From: Ruthenibacterium sp.
Lineage (GTDB): Bacteria > Bacillota > Clostridia > Oscillospirales > Ruminococcaceae
Length of the DNA: 56,784 nt
Assembly: GCA_036635095.1 (NCBI GenBank)
Contig: JAVWRA010000001.1
Location: 1 to 56,784 of the forward strand
Direction of reading: 5' to 3'
A program made the translations under genes and the position numbers. Below, piece after piece: positions 38,391-47,144 of this stretch; position 1 is the stretch's first letter; every line of letters starts with the position of its first letter. The notes below the pieces were generated by a model. The model ran no database searches, was not told the origin of the DNA, and was given only the letters and a program-made list of their open reading frames with translations.

Positions 38391-39776
38391 ATGAAGCGAT
38401 TTGAAATTGCGGCACTGTTTGCAGATGCGCCCGAAAACGGCGCTGTGATTACCGTGTGCGGCTGGGCAAAAACTGTGCGTGACTCGAAAAATATCGGGTT
38501 TATTGAGCTGTCGGACGGTTCATCGTTTAAAAACTTGCAGATTGTATTTGAGGCTGAAAAGCTTGCAAATTATAAAGACATTGCCAAGGCGGGCGTCGGC
38601 ACAAGCCTTTGCGTTACAGGACGTGTGGTTTTGACGCCGGACGCCAAACAGCCGTTTGAAGTAAACGCCGATGCCATTACTATTCTGGGCGCTTGTCCGC
38701 CGGAATATCCTTTGCAGAAAAAACGGCACAGCGTTGAATTTTTACGCACGATTCCGCATTTGCGTCCGCGCACCAATCTGTTTAGCGCGGCATTTCGTGT
38801 GCGCAGTGTGGCGGCGTATGCCATTCACACGTTTTTTCAAGAGCATCATTTTGTCTATGTGAACACGCCGCTGATTACGGGCAGTGACTGTGAGGGCGCG
38901 GGCGAAATGTTTCGCATCACAACACTGGACGCGAAAAATCCGCCGCTGACCGCAGACGGTGCAGTCGATTTTGAGCAAGATTTTTTCGGACGCAGCACCA
39001 ACTTGACGGTTTCCGGTCAGCTTGAGGGCGAAATGATGGCGACGGCGTTCGGTAAAATCTATACTTTCGGCCCGACTTTTCGCGCGGAAAATTCAAACAC
39101 TCCGCGTCATGCCGCTGAATTTTGGATGGTTGAACCGGAAATTGCTTTTGCCGACCTCACCGACGAAATGGATTTGGGCGAGGCGATGATTCATTTTGTT
39201 GTAAAATATGTGATGGAACAATGTGCGGACGAATTGGCGTTTTTCAACCAGTTTGTGGATAAAGATTTGCTTTCGCGCCTTACCACGCTTGTGGACAATG
39301 AGTTCGGGCGGCTGAGCTACACCGAAGCTGTTGCGCTTTTAGAGCCGCACAACGATGAATTTCAGTACAAAGTGGCGTGGGGCATTGATTTACAGACCGA
39401 GCATGAACGCTATTTGACCGAGAAAATTTACAAAAAACCTGTGTTTGTGACCGATTATCCGAAAGAAATTAAATCGTTTTACATGCGCGTAAACGCTGAC
39501 GGAAAAACCGTTGCGGCGGCAGATATGCTGGTGCCGGGCGTGGGCGAATTGATGGGCGGCAGCCAGCGTGAAGAACGTCTTGACGTGCTTTTGGCGCGCA
39601 TGGAGGAAATGGGACTGGATACTGCGGATTATGCGTGGTATCTCGATTTGCGGCGCTTTGGCACCGTGCAACATGCGGGTTTCGGGCTTGGGTTCGAGCG
39701 TTTGATTATGTATGTAACCGGCATCGCCAACATTCGCGATGTTCTGCCGTTCCCGCGCACCGCAGGCGGATTTTAA
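38391..39776 (+). CDS. asnS: asparagine--tRNA ligase
   Basis: [54 protein letters not shown] and GFGLGFER motifs. Confidence 0.97.
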   Translation: MKRFEIAALFADAPENGAVITVCGWAKTVRDSKNIGFIELSDGSSFKNLQIVFEAEKLANYKDIAKAGVGTSLCVTGRVVLTPDAKQPFEVNADAITILGACPPEYPLQKKRHSVEFLRTIPHLRPRTNLFSAAFRVRSVAAYAIHTFFQEHHFVYVNTPLITGSDCEGAGEMFRITTLDAKNPPLTADGAVDFEQDFFGRSTNLTVSGQLEGEMMATAFGKIYTFGPTFRAENSNTPRHAAEFWMVEPEIAFADLTDEMDLGEAMIHFVVKYVMEQCADELAFFNQFVDKDLLSRLTTLVDNEFGRLSYTEAVALLEPHNDEFQYKVAWGIDLQTEHERYLTEKIYKKPVFVTDYPKEIKSFYMRVNADGKTVAAADMLVPGVGELMGGSQREERLDVLLARMEEMGLDTADYAWYLDLRRFGTVQHAGFGLGFERLIMYVTGIANIRDVLPFPRTAGGF

Positions 39777-39797
39777 ACCGCTTTTATTTTAAAATGA

Positions 39798-39831
39798 AAC
39801 GCCGCAATGTGAATTTTCACATTGCGGCGTT
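39798..39831. terminator. hairpin shared by convergent asnS and aspS
   Basis: AACGCCGCAATGTGAA / TTCACATTGCGGCGTT perfect arms. Confidence 0.82.
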
Positions 39832-39835
39832 CTGC

Positions 39836-41617
39836 TTATTCTTTGCTTACGAGTGCAATAGACAGCTCTGCAAGCTGTTTTGCATCCACCGTTTCCGGCG
39901 AATTTGTCATCGGTTCGCCCGCGTTTTGCACTTTCGGGAACGCGATGACGTCGCGAATCGAATCGCGGTTGAGCATCAGCATCACCATGCGGTCAAAACC
40001 GAACGCCATGCCGCCATGAGGCGGCGCACCGTATTTGTATGCCTCGGTCAAAAAGCCGAAGCTTTCATCTGCACGTTCCTGCGTGAAACCGAGCGCGCGC
40101 AGCATCCGGTTTTGCAGCGCCGGATCGTTGATGCGGATAGACCCGCCGCCCAGCTCACAGCCGTTCAGCACCATGTCATACGCCTTGGTGCGGCAAGCCG
40201 CCGGATCGCTCTCGATTTTGTCGATATCCTCGTCCATCGGCATGGTAAACGGGTTGTGCTTGGACATATAGCGTCCTTCTTCTTCCGAATACTCGAACAA
40301 CGGAAATTCTGTAACCCATAAAAAGTCGAAGCGGTCTTTTTCAATCAGCTCGCACTGGTTGGCAATCGCAAGACGCAACGCACCGAGTGCCGCAAACACA
40401 ACGTCGTCTTTTCCGTCCGCCACCACCAGCAAAACGTCGCCGGTTTCGAGATTTGCCGCCGTGTGCAGCGCTTCTTTTTCGGCATCCGTCAAGAATTTTT
40501 CAAAGCTGCTTGTTGTGCCGTCCGCCGTCATGCGCGTATAGGCAAGTCCTTTTGCACCATAGGTTTTGGCAACGTCAACAAGCTTGTCAATCGCTTTGCG
40601 CGTGAGCTTGTCGGCAAGTCCTTTTGCATTGATAAACCGCACACTGCCGCCTGCGTCAAGCGCCGTTTTGAACACGACAAAATCGCTTGTTTTTAAAAGA
40701 TTGCTCGCGTCGTGCAGCTCAAGACCAAAGCGTGTATCCGGCTTATCTGAGCCGAAACGCGCCATCGCTTCCGGATATGGCATACGCAAAAACGGCGTTT
40801 GTACGTCTTTGTTCAGCACTTCTTTGAAAATGCGCTTCACAAGACCCTCGTTGACGGTCATGATATCGTCCTCGGTGACGAACGACATTTCCATGTCGAT
40901 TTGCGTAAATTCCGGCTGACGGTCGGCGCGCAAATCTTCATCGCGGAAACAGCGCGCAATCTGGAAATAACGGTCAAAGCCGGACAGCATCAAAATTTGT
41001 TTGTAGAGCTGCGGCGACTGCGGCAGCGCATAAAAATGCCCCGGCTGTACACGGCTCGGCACAAGATAATCGCGCGCGCCCTCCGGTGTGGATTTAATCA
41101 TAATCGGCGTTTCGATTTCGACAAAATCGTTTTCGCAATAATAATCGCGAATGATTTTGGAGATTTTGCTGCGCAATACGATGGGGGCGTGTGCGTCATT
41201 GCGGCGCAAATCGAGATAGCGGTATTTGAGCCGCAATTCGTCTTTGACTTTGATTTCGTCACGAATTTCAAACGGCGGCGTTTGCGCTTCGCTTAAAATG
41301 CGCAGTTCGCTGACGAAAAGTTCGACATCACCCGTGGCGATTTTATCGGTTTTGGCTTCACGCGCGCGCAAAATGCCTTTCGCAATCACAACATATTCAC
41401 TGCGCAGCATCGATGCTTTTGCAAAAACGTCCGGCGCGGTTGTGTCGTTGAAAATCATCTGTAATATGCCGGTGGTATCGCGCAAATCGGCAAAAATAAC
41501 GCCGCCTTTGTCACGGCATTTGGCGATAGAACCCGCCACAACCATCTCTGTGCCGACATCGCCCGCACGTAAATTTCCGCAATAGCAGGTGCGGCGCAAA
41601 TTTCCCATTGTTTCCAT
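39836..41617 (-). CDS. aspS: aspartate--tRNA ligase
   Basis: RLKYRYLDLR, STPEGARDY, LPQSPQ, FRDEDLRADRQPEFTQ, GSDKPD, GGGSIRI and PPHGG motifs; GAGGAG SD 7 nt before ATG 41617. Confidence 0.97.
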   Translation of the reverse strand: METMGNLRRTCYCGNLRAGDVGTEMVVAGSIAKCRDKGGVIFADLRDTTGILQMIFNDTTAPDVFAKASMLRSEYVVIAKGILRAREAKTDKIATGDVELFVSELRILSEAQTPPFEIRDEIKVKDELRLKYRYLDLRRNDAHAPIVLRSKISKIIRDYYCENDFVEIETPIMIKSTPEGARDYLVPSRVQPGHFYALPQSPQLYKQILMLSGFDRYFQIARCFRDEDLRADRQPEFTQIDMEMSFVTEDDIMTVNEGLVKRIFKEVLNKDVQTPFLRMPYPEAMARFGSDKPDTRFGLELHDASNLLKTSDFVVFKTALDAGGSVRFINAKGLADKLTRKAIDKLVDVAKTYGAKGLAYTRMTADGTTSSFEKFLTDAEKEALHTAANLETGDVLLVVADGKDDVVFAALGALRLAIANQCELIEKDRFDFLWVTEFPLFEYSEEEGRYMSKHNPFTMPMDEDIDKIESDPAACRTKAYDMVLNGCELGGGSIRINDPALQNRMLRALGFTQERADESFGFLTEAYKYGAPPHGGMAFGFDRMVMLMLNRDSIRDVIAFPKVQNAGEPMTNSPETVDAKQLAELSIALVSKE

Positions 41618-41650
41618 TTTCATTCTCCTCAAGGTCTGACTTTATTCTCT

Positions 41651-41679
41651 ATTATACCGCCTTGACGCGCTGTTTACAA
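41651..41679 (-). promoter_or_regulatory. sigma-A promoter of aspS
   Basis: TTGTAA-17-TATAAT; the -35 overlaps the upstream gene's stop codon. Confidence 0.65.
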
Positions 41680-42957
41680 GGCAATTTTGCGACATTCAAG
41701 GTAATAGCGCTTTTCGGTGGCGCTGCCCATCGAAAATGTCTTTTTGGGCAAAACACCGCCGAGTACAACGCCGCGAAACAAGTCGCTTTTGGCAAAAGGC
41801 GGCAGCAAAATGCCGATTGCGTTTTTATCGCGGCAAATTGCGCGCAGAGCGTCTTCGCCATGAATATAATCGACCGAAACCGCGGGGTTTTCGGCACAAA
41901 AACTGCCGAGAAACGCTTCAAGCGTTCCCACGGCAAGCGGACGCGGCGGCGAAGCAATCGCAAGGCTTTTTTCGGCGGTGCCGAGCAGCGTAAAACACTG
42001 TTCGGCGCTGTTTTTATCGCAAAGTTCTGCCTTGTTTTGCGTCAGCCATGCGGCAAAAGCATCGGAAAACGCGGCAAAATCCGTGCCGAATACCGCGCGG
42101 TGAATCGGCTCGATTGCAATGGCATCGCTGTGTACGTTCACAAGCTCCGCAAGCGCATACCGTGCGGGATGCTGTGCGCGCTGTGCCGGCGATAAGGACG
42201 GTTTGATTTCCTCCCAGTACGCCTTGGCGGTGGCAAGCGAATGATTGCCGTCACCGACAGCAAGCGCAATGGGCGGCTTGCCGGCAGCGGCAGGATAGCG
42301 CGCATCAAACACATTTTGTGCGGCAGACGCCATGATTTGCGCCTCGATTGCGGCAATTTGTGCGGCATCTGTCACTGCCCAACCGGTGATATGTCCGCCG
42401 CCGAGCATCAAATCGGTATCGTATATTTGTGTCAATTTCTCCGTTTGCGCGCCAATCGGCTCGATGATTGCATGGGCGGCATCGTCAAGCAGCATAAGAA
42501 TATGCGGCGTTTCAAGCAACGCATCGCGGCGCACCGCCAACCGCGGCGGTATGCGTTCCACCACCGTGTTTTCACTCGGTCGCACAAGCGGCGCAGCGCC
42601 TTTTTCATACGAATACGCCTCTAAATCCACTGCGCCGACAAGCCCCTGCCGCACACCGCTTTGCGTTTTGCGCGCGACATAAACAAAGCCGGACACCGTT
42701 TTCGTCAATACATTTTCTGCGTAGCTTCGCATTGTTTTGTGAATAATATCAATCCGTGCGGCAACATTTGCATCTGCAAGATACACTTCAGGCAGTGTGA
42801 GGTGCAGCGTACTTGGCACGTTTTGGCAGAGTGTGGCAGCGGCTTGCCAATAATCGGGCTGGCTTGTAAACTGGTCACAGGCAAGCGTTGCCCATGTTTG
42901 CAGCGGAACATTTTCGGCAGGCAGTAAAATCGCCGCCGCTTTGAAAACAGAATTCAT
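41674..42957 (-). CDS. DUF1015 family protein
   Basis: ACDQFTS, LPEVYL, RIPPR, AVGDGNHSLATAK, EPIHR, DYIHG and LPKKTFSMG motifs. Confidence 0.85.
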   Translation of the reverse strand: MNSVFKAAAILLPAENVPLQTWATLACDQFTSQPDYWQAAATLCQNVPSTLHLTLPEVYLADANVAARIDIIHKTMRSYAENVLTKTVSGFVYVARKTQSGVRQGLVGAVDLEAYSYEKGAAPLVRPSENTVVERIPPRLAVRRDALLETPHILMLLDDAAHAIIEPIGAQTEKLTQIYDTDLMLGGGHITGWAVTDAAQIAAIEAQIMASAAQNVFDARYPAAAGKPPIALAVGDGNHSLATAKAYWEEIKPSLSPAQRAQHPARYALAELVNVHSDAIAIEPIHRAVFGTDFAAFSDAFAAWLTQNKAELCDKNSAEQCFTLLGTAEKSLAIASPPRPLAVGTLEAFLGSFCAENPAVSVDYIHGEDALRAICRDKNAIGILLPPFAKSDLFRGVVLGGVLPKKTFSMGSATEKRYYLECRKIAL

Positions 42958-43002
42958 CAATGCACTTCCTCGTCTAAAAACAGTGTGAATGTTCATATAG
43001 TT

Positions 43003-43031
43003 ATCATAGTAGACTTACGGCAAATTTGCAA
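43003..43031 (-). promoter_or_regulatory. sigma-A promoter of the DUF1015 gene
   Basis: TTGCAA-17-TATGAT. Confidence 0.6.
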
Positions 43032-43041
43032 GGGGGCGCCT

Positions 43042-43896
43042 GTGGGATATTTGATTTTAGCGGCAATTTTGTGCAGCATCGGCGGCGTGTGCATTCGGCT
43101 GATTCCGTGGACACCGCTTGCCATCAATGGCGCGCGCTGTGCCATTGCCGCCTGCGTAACAGGCGTTTATCTGCGGCGGCAAGGCGTACATTTTCACGGC
43201 AGCTATCCGGTTGTCTGCGGCGCACTCAGCCTATGTTTGACAACAAATTTATACGTGTTTTCGTCAAAACTCGCCGGTGCCGCCTGCGCCGTTTTGCTTT
43301 TATACACAGCGCCCATCTGGGTGCTTTTGTACAGTGTTGTGATTCAAAAACAAGCATTGCAGCCGCGCGCCGTCGGCTGCTGTGCGCTGGTTTTTGGCGG
43401 CGTATGCCTGCTCGCCGCAAACGGACTGCGCAGCGGCACGGCGTTTGGCGTATTGCTTGGACTGTGCAGCGGAATTGCCTATGCCGGTGTGTTTTTATAC
43501 GGCGCACAATGCGGAAAAGATGCTGTTTCCGCCTATTTTTTAGGACAAATTGCAGGCGCGGCAATCGGATTGCCGTTTCTTGCAACAGAGCGCGATTTTT
43601 CGCCTACGCCGCTGCTGTGTGCGCTGCTGCTCGGTGTATTTCAATTGGGACTGTCTTATGTGTGCATGGCGAAGGGACTTTTGAAAACGCCTGCCGTGAC
43701 CGCAAGCATCATCACCGCGCTTGAGCCGGCACTGACACCGATTTGGGTGGCAATTTTTTGCAAAGAAATACCGCCTGTATCGATTATTTTCGGCGCGGCG
43801 GTGATTTTATGCGGCGTTTTGCTGCATCAAACGGGACAAAAAAGCAGACCGCCCAATTCTATTGAGCGGTCTGCAGAGACGTTTACAGTGCTTTGA
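43042..43896 (+). CDS. DMT/EamA family transporter
   Basis: about 10 TM segments in two repeats; LLYTAPIWV and ASIITALEP..PIWV...EIP; GTG start; 3' end overlaps nanA by 14 nt. Confidence 0.85.
   Translation: MGYLILAAILCSIGGVCIRLIPWTPLAINGARCAIAACVTGVYLRRQGVHFHGSYPVVCGALSLCLTTNLYVFSSKLAGAACAVLLLYTAPIWVLLYSVVIQKQALQPRAVGCCALVFGGVCLLAANGLRSGTAFGVLLGLCSGIAYAGVFLYGAQCGKDAVSAYFLGQIAGAAIGLPFLATERDFSPTPLLCALLLGVFQLGLSYVCMAKGLLKTPAVTASIITALEPALTPIWVAIFCKEIPPVSIIFGAAVILCGVLLHQTGQKSRPPNSIERSAETFTVL
43838..43874 (-). terminator. intrinsic terminator of the nanA-containing operon
   Basis: GCAGACCGCTCAAT-AGA-ATTGGGCGGTCTGC-TTTTTT on the minus strand, 8 nt after the nanA stop. Confidence 0.82.
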
Positions 43897-44797
43897 TTGC
43901 GTCGTCAATCATCTGAATGCAAATTTTAATTTGCGGCATATCCGCGGCGTCAAGCGCCGTCAACGGCAGACGAACACTACCAAGCTGCAAACCCTCGCGC
44001 TGTTTTAAAACTTCTTTCATGGCGGCATACAGATTGCATTTGCAGGCGCACAGCGCGTAAATAATACGGTCTGCCGTATACTGAACTGCACGCGCTTTGG
44101 CAATTTCACCTGCATTTACAAACTTGTAAATGGCAAGATACAGCTCCGGCATGACGGCGTAAGTACCGCCGATGCCGCCGTCTGCACCCATGACAAGTCC
44201 GCTGACAAGCTGCTCGTCCGGTCCGTTGAACACGACATGGTCCGCACCGCCGGCGTCTTTGAACATCTGGATATCTTGCACAGGCATCGATGAATTTTTG
44301 ACGCCGATGACGTTTTTGTTTTTCAGCATTTCGGCATAGAGCGACATGGTGAGCGCCGTGCCGGCAAGCTGCGGAATGTTGTAGATGATAAAATCGGTGT
44401 TTGGCGCGGCGGCGGAAATGTCGTTCCAGTATTTTGCAATGGCATATTCGGGCAGATGAAAATAAATCGGCGGAATGGCAGCGATGGCATCCACGCCAAG
44501 GCTTTCGGCATGTGCGGCAAGCGCGATGCTGTCGGCGGTATTGTTGCAGGCAACATGTGCAATGACCGTAAGTTTGCCTTTGGCAACTGCCATGACATTT
44601 TCAAGTGTCAATTTGCGGTCTGCGACGCTTTGATAAATACATTCGCCGGAAGAACCGCCGACGTATACGCCCTTGACGCCTTTTTCAATCAGATGCTGTG
44701 TCAACGCGCGTACGCCCTCGGCGTTTACTGCGCCTTTTTCATCATAGCAGGCATAAAATGCGGGGATAATTCCTTGATATTTTTCAATTTTGCTCAT
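43883..44797 (-). CDS. nanA: N-acetylneuraminate lyase-like aldolase (DHDPS/NAL family)
   Basis: GIIPAFYACYD, GSSGE, HVACNNT, IYNIPQLAG, Schiff-base Lys in GVKNSS, NGPDEQ and GIGGTY, as recalled from streptococcal/Lachnospiraceae NanA; next to YhcH. Confidence 0.82.
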   Translation of the reverse strand: MSKIEKYQGIIPAFYACYDEKGAVNAEGVRALTQHLIEKGVKGVYVGGSSGECIYQSVADRKLTLENVMAVAKGKLTVIAHVACNNTADSIALAAHAESLGVDAIAAIPPIYFHLPEYAIAKYWNDISAAAPNTDFIIYNIPQLAGTALTMSLYAEMLKNKNVIGVKNSSMPVQDIQMFKDAGGADHVVFNGPDEQLVSGLVMGADGGIGGTYAVMPELYLAIYKFVNAGEIAKARAVQYTADRIIYALCACKCNLYAAMKEVLKQREGLQLGSVRLPLTALDAADMPQIKICIQMIDDAIKAL

Positions 44798-44815
44798 GTT
44801 TTTTCTCTCCATCTC

Positions 44816-45265
44816 TTATATTTTTACTTTCATAACGGCTTTTTGTACGGCACTTGCCGCGTGCAACTGCACTTTGACCATATGTGCTTCGTTTGGAAAT
44901 ACAATCAGAATTTTTTGCGGCTGCATGTTGAAAACAGCCTCGGCATCGCCTTTGTATCCGATGAAATCCGATGCGGCATCGCGACCGGTTTCCGTAAGCG
45001 TTTCGGTGTTTGCCACGAGAATTTTTTCCTCGCCCGACAGCAGCACATGAATGTCGGCATACTGTTCATGCGCTTCGTAAAAGGCATCTTTTTCCGGCAT
45101 TGTCGTGTAGTCAAAACGATTGATATACACGGCATCGCCGTCTACCTCATTGCGTCCCTGCATGAGTGTTTTAAAATCGTGCGCCTTCAAATAGCGCAGT
45201 GCAATGTCTAAATTTTTGGAAATTCCGTAATACTGCGCAATTTCTGTGCGTTCAATGTAAATCAT
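44816..45265 (-). CDS. YhcH/YjgK/YiaL (DUF386, NanQ-like) protein
   Basis: GRNEVDG, YEAHEQYADIH....GEE, D, VFPNEAH and KAVMKV motifs. Confidence 0.9.
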   Translation of the reverse strand: MIYIERTEIAQYYGISKNLDIALRYLKAHDFKTLMQGRNEVDGDAVYINRFDYTTMPEKDAFYEAHEQYADIHVLLSGEEKILVANTETLTETGRDAASDFIGYKGDAEAVFNMQPQKILIVFPNEAHMVKVQLHAASAVQKAVMKVKI

Positions 45266-45281
45266 AAAATCTGCCTTTCGT

Positions 45282-46181
45282 TCAAGTTTTCAAGAAAAAA
45301 TTGAGTGCGTCATTTTCGTAAAAGTTGATTCGCTCATGTCCGTATTTTTGAAAAACAGCATGCGTTTTTGCACAGACGGCACGATTGAACGCCGCATACT
45401 GCGTTTTGACGGGCGCTGTCTCGTCCAAAAGTCCCGTGCCAAACAGCAGTTCTCCCTTGATTTGCGCGGCAAAATTGACGGTGTCAAGATAATCAAGCTT
45501 TGCAAAAAGCGATGTTTCCGTATCGTGCAATGGGTCTGCATCGCGAAAATAATTGCGGAGCGGCGCGTAAAATCCAACATCCGCCCCTATTTCGCATACG
45601 GTGCGGTAATCTGCCAAAAGCGGATTCAGCACCGCACATTTGCGCACCTGCGGCACAAGCGCCGCCACCGCAAGCGCCATTGCGCCGCCCAGTCCCTCGC
45701 CGCTGACGTAAAGCGGCACATCACCCGCCAGTTTCATCGCCGCGTCCGCCGCAAGAAGCGCTTCCTGTATCACTTTGTAAAAAAGAAATTCCTGCGGTGT
45801 TTTTTCTGCGCCGCACACGGAAAATCCGCCTTGCGCCGCCGGCGGAAATGCGTTCGGCGCAAGCACACTGCACCCGATGGCAAGATATCTTGCAAGATAA
45901 AATGCGCCGCGCGCCGCGCGATTGCCGTCGTGAAAATCAAGCACAACGGCGGTCGGTTTTTCGGTTTCCGGCGCAAGATAACGCGCTGTAACGGTGTTTT
46001 GAAACGCGCCTTGATAGCTTACGGCGGAAAACACCGCACCGCCCGCTGTTGCATCGGTTGTGCAGACAAGCGCGTTTGCTGTTTTGGCGCTCGCCGCTTG
46101 CCAAAACTGCATGAAATCAAGGGGTGTCTGTGTATTGCCGCGAAAATTTTGCAGTGCATGCAACATATTTGCATCTGCCAT
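45282..46181 (-). CDS. acetylxylan esterase (CE7)-like alpha/beta hydrolase lacking the catalytic serine
   Basis: DFMQFW, ARYLAP, LDFH, PLLADY, LDYLDTVNFA, GLLD and YGHE align with the upstream paralogue; nucleophile elbow reads GEGLGG. Confidence 0.75.
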   Translation of the reverse strand: MADANMLHALQNFRGNTQTPLDFMQFWQAASAKTANALVCTTDATAGGAVFSAVSYQGAFQNTVTARYLAPETEKPTAVVLDFHDGNRAARGAFYLARYLAIGCSVLAPNAFPPAAQGGFSVCGAEKTPQEFLFYKVIQEALLAADAAMKLAGDVPLYVSGEGLGGAMALAVAALVPQVRKCAVLNPLLADYRTVCEIGADVGFYAPLRNYFRDADPLHDTETSLFAKLDYLDTVNFAAQIKGELLFGTGLLDETAPVKTQYAAFNRAVCAKTHAVFQKYGHERINFYENDALNFFLKT

Positions 46182-47144
46182 TCAGCACGCCCCCTTTGCA
46201 AAAAACGGAATGAGCATATCGTCAAACGCCTGTATTTCTTCGTGACCGAAATCGGGAAAAACCACATGCTCTTTGCGGCACCGCAAATTGTTGTACACGC
46301 CGTACTGCGTGATTGGCAAACACCAGACATCTTTGAGACCTGTGCCAAACAAGGTTTGCGCCTTGACGAGATGTGCAAAATTGAGCGTGTCGATATAGCC
46401 GAGTTTTGTGAAAATGTCCGTTGTGCGCTCCCCTTTCGGGTCAAACCAACGCGTATAATAGCGCAGTCCCTCATAGGGAATGACGTCGCCGTCCTGCTCC
46501 CATATTTTTTGATAATCGCTCAAAAACGGATATAAAATGGCGGCTTTATGAATGATTTCGGGGTTGAGCGCCGCACACGCAAGTGCCAATGCGCCGCCTT
46601 GCGAGCCGCCGTTGACGGAAATTTTCGCTTTGTCAATGCCCTCTATTTCCTGCGCAATGCGGCAGAGAATCATGATGTTTTGATGCAGCCTGACATAGTA
46701 CATTTCTTTTGCCGGCCCGTCCAAACCGGCGACGAGGTGACCGCTGACCGTTGTGCCTTGATAGCCGCCTTTGTCCTCGCTGAAGCCGCCCTGACCGGGA
46801 CAGTCGAGCGCGAGCATGGCACAGCCAATCCCTGCAAACGAGGCAAGTTCCAGCCAACTGCGCGTGGCGCCCGGATAGCCGTGAAATTGCAAAATAAGCG
46901 GAACATCGCCGTTTATATTGGGTCTGCAATATTTTGCATAGAGCTGTGCGCCGTCAATGCCCGTGAAATGCAGCTCTTTAAAACTGCTGTTTTTTGCGCC
47001 TTTTATCTCGCTGTCCGTGAAATGATACACGAGCGGACACGCCATGGCTTCCTGCTTGCGCTGCGCCCAGAAGATATCGAAATCTTTCGGACACGGATTG
47101 GTACCGAGATAATGCGCTTTGTCTGCCAAATGATTTTGATTCAT
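46182..47144 (-). CDS. acetylxylan/cephalosporin-type esterase (CE7), probable sugar O-acetylesterase
   Basis: PKDFDIFW, FHGY, DCPGQG, GGSQGG nucleophile, PFLSD, LGYID, GLKD and FGHE. Confidence 0.9.
   Translation of the reverse strand: MNQNHLADKAHYLGTNPCPKDFDIFWAQRKQEAMACPLVYHFTDSEIKGAKNSSFKELHFTGIDGAQLYAKYCRPNINGDVPLILQFHGYPGATRSWLELASFAGIGCAMLALDCPGQGGFSEDKGGYQGTTVSGHLVAGLDGPAKEMYYVRLHQNIMILCRIAQEIEGIDKAKISVNGGSQGGALALACAALNPEIIHKAAILYPFLSDYQKIWEQDGDVIPYEGLRYYTRWFDPKGERTTDIFTKLGYIDTLNFAHLVKAQTLFGTGLKDVWCLPITQYGVYNNLRCRKEHVVFPDFGHEEIQAFDDMLIPFFAKGAC

Noticed and set aside
43883-44797. Calling the aldolase dapA
   Set aside because: GSSGE and KNSS motifs and the YhcH/esterase/RpiR context fit NanA-type lyases; no dapB or asd nearby.
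45336-46535. 399-aa plus-strand ORF opposite the esterase pair
   Set aside because: Arg/Cys-rich shadow translation with no domain signature.
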